Shown piece after piece: positions 60,385 through 64,000 of a stretch of DNA of 64,000 nucleotides. Positions within the stretch are counted from its first letter, which is position 1. Every line of letters begins with the position of its first letter. The stretch is from Eledone cirrhosa (Eukaryota), in assembly GCA_964016885.1 (NCBI GenBank), contig OZ024742.1, positions 366,234,001 through 366,298,000 on the forward strand. The letters run 5' to 3'. A program made the translations under genes and the position numbers. The notes beneath the pieces are model-generated. The model made no database searches. It was not told where the DNA came from and saw only the letters and a list, made by a program, of their open reading frames with translations.

Positions 60385-60699
60385 ATATATATAAGGGCAC
60401 GATAATATAATGAAAACTTGTTCACGTGACAGCCATAATTTCATTTATAACCAACCAAAACAAAAGCCTTCGTGAGCCCCTTTTTTCAAATAAAAAGAAA
60501 TTCAAACACTCATATATGAAAAAACAACCTGTGACAACCCCCCCCCTCTTATTTGAAGAACTATTGTAACCCGAACTGGCGCGAAATTTATTATAATTAT
60601 TGACAAACCAATCAAATTACTTCTCGAAAATCCTGGCATTTCGAGCCACTTTTTCCATATCAAACAAGTAACATTCGGAGACCAACCAGATGTGAAAAA

Positions 60700-60892
60700 A
60701 TCCACAGACCCTCCATCTCAACTCACCTTTTGAAAAGCAGAAGAACTGCGAAACCGATAAAGGAACCAAATAAATATATATATTTAAAAAAGAAATAAGA
60801 CTCTAGTTGCATTTTCGATTTCATCTCTTTTTCTTTATACTTTCACTCGTGTAGGACACCTCGATTATTTTTCATTTTGTAAAAAACCTCAC

Positions 60893-60899
<7 letters not shown>
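60700..60899 (+). mobile_element. family F element (long end) with HHR at 60726-60763
   Basis: Homologous to 19686-19885; stem III palindrome mutated to ACCGAT. Confidence 0.85.
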
Positions 60900-60973
<74 letters not shown>

Positions 60974-61577
60974 CAAGTATTGCACCAAGAAAAATAAAAC
61001 TGCACCAAGAAAAATAAAACGTCAGCGTGAAGGAGATTAGGAATTTATTTTCATATATATATATATATATATATATATCAATATATATATATCTGTCAAT
61101 CTATCATTCTTTATATCTATCTATCTATGTTTATATATATATATATACATATAAACATAGATAGATATAGAGAATGATAGATTGAGAGATTGCACACAAC
61201 TCCTCCAACGAATAAGTATACTCTACAATCATTGATTCACTTTTTTCTTCCCTTTACTTTCAATATTTTATATTTACGTAATTTCAACTACGTTATATCT
61301 AATCTTACTTCGTTGAATGTATTGGATTTTTATTCTACAAATACTAAAGGATGTGTTCTGGAGTGCATTAGGAGAGACATCCCTCCCCGGCTCAGTAGTG
61401 AAGATTTGTGTACCATCAATAGACAGTCCTAGGAAATTATATAATATGTAGTGTCAACTAGGGAACTTAGTGTCAAGTGATTCGATGTAGGAAAACTCAG
61501 GAAGTATGTGAAATACAAGGGATAAATTCCATCCAACTTAATCGGTGTTTTAAGAATTTTTGTAGCACTTAACCTTT

Positions 61578-61843
<266 letters not shown>

Positions 61844-62389
61844 AGCAGCCAGTATTAAAATGGTATGTCATTGCCCCCCAAAGAATATACGACCAAGTCG
61901 ACCGACCTTAGTCGTCTTGGAACCCAGAGTACAGAATAAATATCGTCAAGTATTGTATCCGACGTTCTAATACCTTTGTCCACTCGCCGCTTATGTCATT
62001 AGACAAAAGCTCATCACAGTTAAACGTTTAAAGTAATTTATCCCTGGTCACCCCTACAGCAAACCATTCGTGGTGGGCTTCAGATATATTACTTTTATGA
62101 TATATATCATGGTAGGACATCTCGTTGATGCTCTCATGTTAGCATCAATATTTATTTACAAGATAAATATGTGTGAAATCATTAGGTATAGAGGTGAGAG
62201 TGTGTGTGGGAGCTCCCAGTTACGATGTCTGGTTCGATCTGTTATGAATCTATTGCTCAAATCCCATTGGTCTTCACTGTACTTTTAATCAATTTAGTGG
62301 ATATGTATTTAATAGACTGTATCCACTTTTCTGCAAATGATAGCCTCCAGTCGCGTAATTTACTTATGTACATAAACTATAATATACAT

Positions 62390-62454
<65 letters not shown>

Positions 62455-62573
62455 CTTGTGTGGGTACAAATTAAAGAAAAGTGTTCTTGACAGTTAATGT
62501 GGAAGCGGAGAAAATTTATATTAAAAGATTGGCTTATTTCTGCATTACCAGCTATTTCACGTTCGTCTAATTT

Positions 62574-63013
<440 letters not shown>

Positions 63014-63016
<3 letters not shown>

Positions 63017-63336
63017 GATATTAAATAAATGGAAACTATATTTAAAAACCATATTTATTTCATTATATATATTTCAGGGATATCATATTAACAATATGTT
63101 ATGCCTTCTTCAGACAAAATACAATATAGACAGTTTTATATTGTATTTTGTCTGAAGAAGGCATAACATATTGTTAATATGATATCCCTGAAATATATAT
63201 AATGAAATAAATATGGTTTTATAAATATAGTTTCCATTTATTTAATATCGTAAATATACTCCAAATACTTGTTGAGTGCTTTTATATCAGTTATAAATAT
63301 TTACTAGTTGTAACCCAACAATTTAAATATAACTTT

Positions 63337-63340
<4 letters not shown>
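63014..63340. mobile_element. family L fold-back element with two HHRs (63057-63120 minus, 63145-63208 plus)
   Basis: ATTTTGT-CTGAAGA-AGG...CCT-GAAA-TATATA-TA^ATGAAAT; ~115 bp arms, ~85 bp right extension. Confidence 0.88.
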
Positions 63341-63390
<50 letters not shown>

Positions 63391-64000
63391 GGAGGTATAT
63401 ATTGTGCATGCTGTCATACACACCGTTATGATGAAAAGTGTTGTATTATTTCAACTTCTATTTACCTGATTTTATCCAGTTAGGTTTGCCCTATATGCAA
63501 ATTGCCATCACCAACGCAACAGCCATATAGACTGTAGCCTATTTTTGTTTCAGTAGCAAATCGGTAATTGTCACTGATGACAGATAAACATGCCGAAATA
63601 GGTATGTAGTATTCTTACCGCACTGTGATAGCTGTGACATGATCGTGGCTTTTAAAAATATTCATAGCGAGATTCTCTGATGTTTATTATACATATACAC
63701 CCTTATGATACAATACGTTATGTTAGTGCCACTTCTAATATAGGTTTATGTACAGTTTACACGTTTTGTTCATATTTTTGTCTGCCATCTACAGTAAATT
63801 AATTATTATTGATGCTGCTTCTACTCCGATAGTTGACATGTTACCTATTTTAATTTTGAGGAAATTATACTTTGATTGCTTTTCACCATCCTCTAGGCAT
63901 TACTTTGTTCGAGATGTTAGATATGTCTATGAGAGAGCATTCAATAGCATTGTAATAGCAGTGGTGGTGGAAGGAAGAGGCTATATTGATTTTTTTTATG

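Noticed and set aside
63565-63625. CTGATGA...GAAA as an HHR
   Set aside because: Stems I and II do not pair in register.

Overview
AT-rich, microsatellite-saturated eukaryotic intergenic or intronic DNA. The SINE and microsatellite profile suggests an octopus-like coleoid cephalopod (inference). I found no supportable host protein-coding exon; almost all long ORFs are translated simple repeats. The real coding remnants are all retrotransposons: three Penelope-like elements (RT with RDD, plus GIY-YIG; one ~4.8 kb copy with inverted pLTRs), a CR1-like LINE fragment, an RLE-type (R4/Dong-like) LINE 3' end, and a ~610 bp bipartite RTE-derived element in 3 copies plus a fragment. The main hidden signal lies in the short unique islands between (TA)n tracts. 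These are non-autonomous, mostly fold-back, Penelope-pLTR-like elements. By manual folding they carry about 21 type I hammerhead ribozyme (HHR) motifs in roughly 12 sequence families, including U3-A8 covariant cores, plus 3 copies of a non-circularly permuted, pseudoknotted hammerhead-like motif. The elements share a short-end/long-end architecture, and several share a hairpin in the 3' extension. One copy carries a dense A>G cluster resembling retro-fixed ADAR editing. All RNA folds were done by eye, activity is untested, and coordinates may be off by a few bases.
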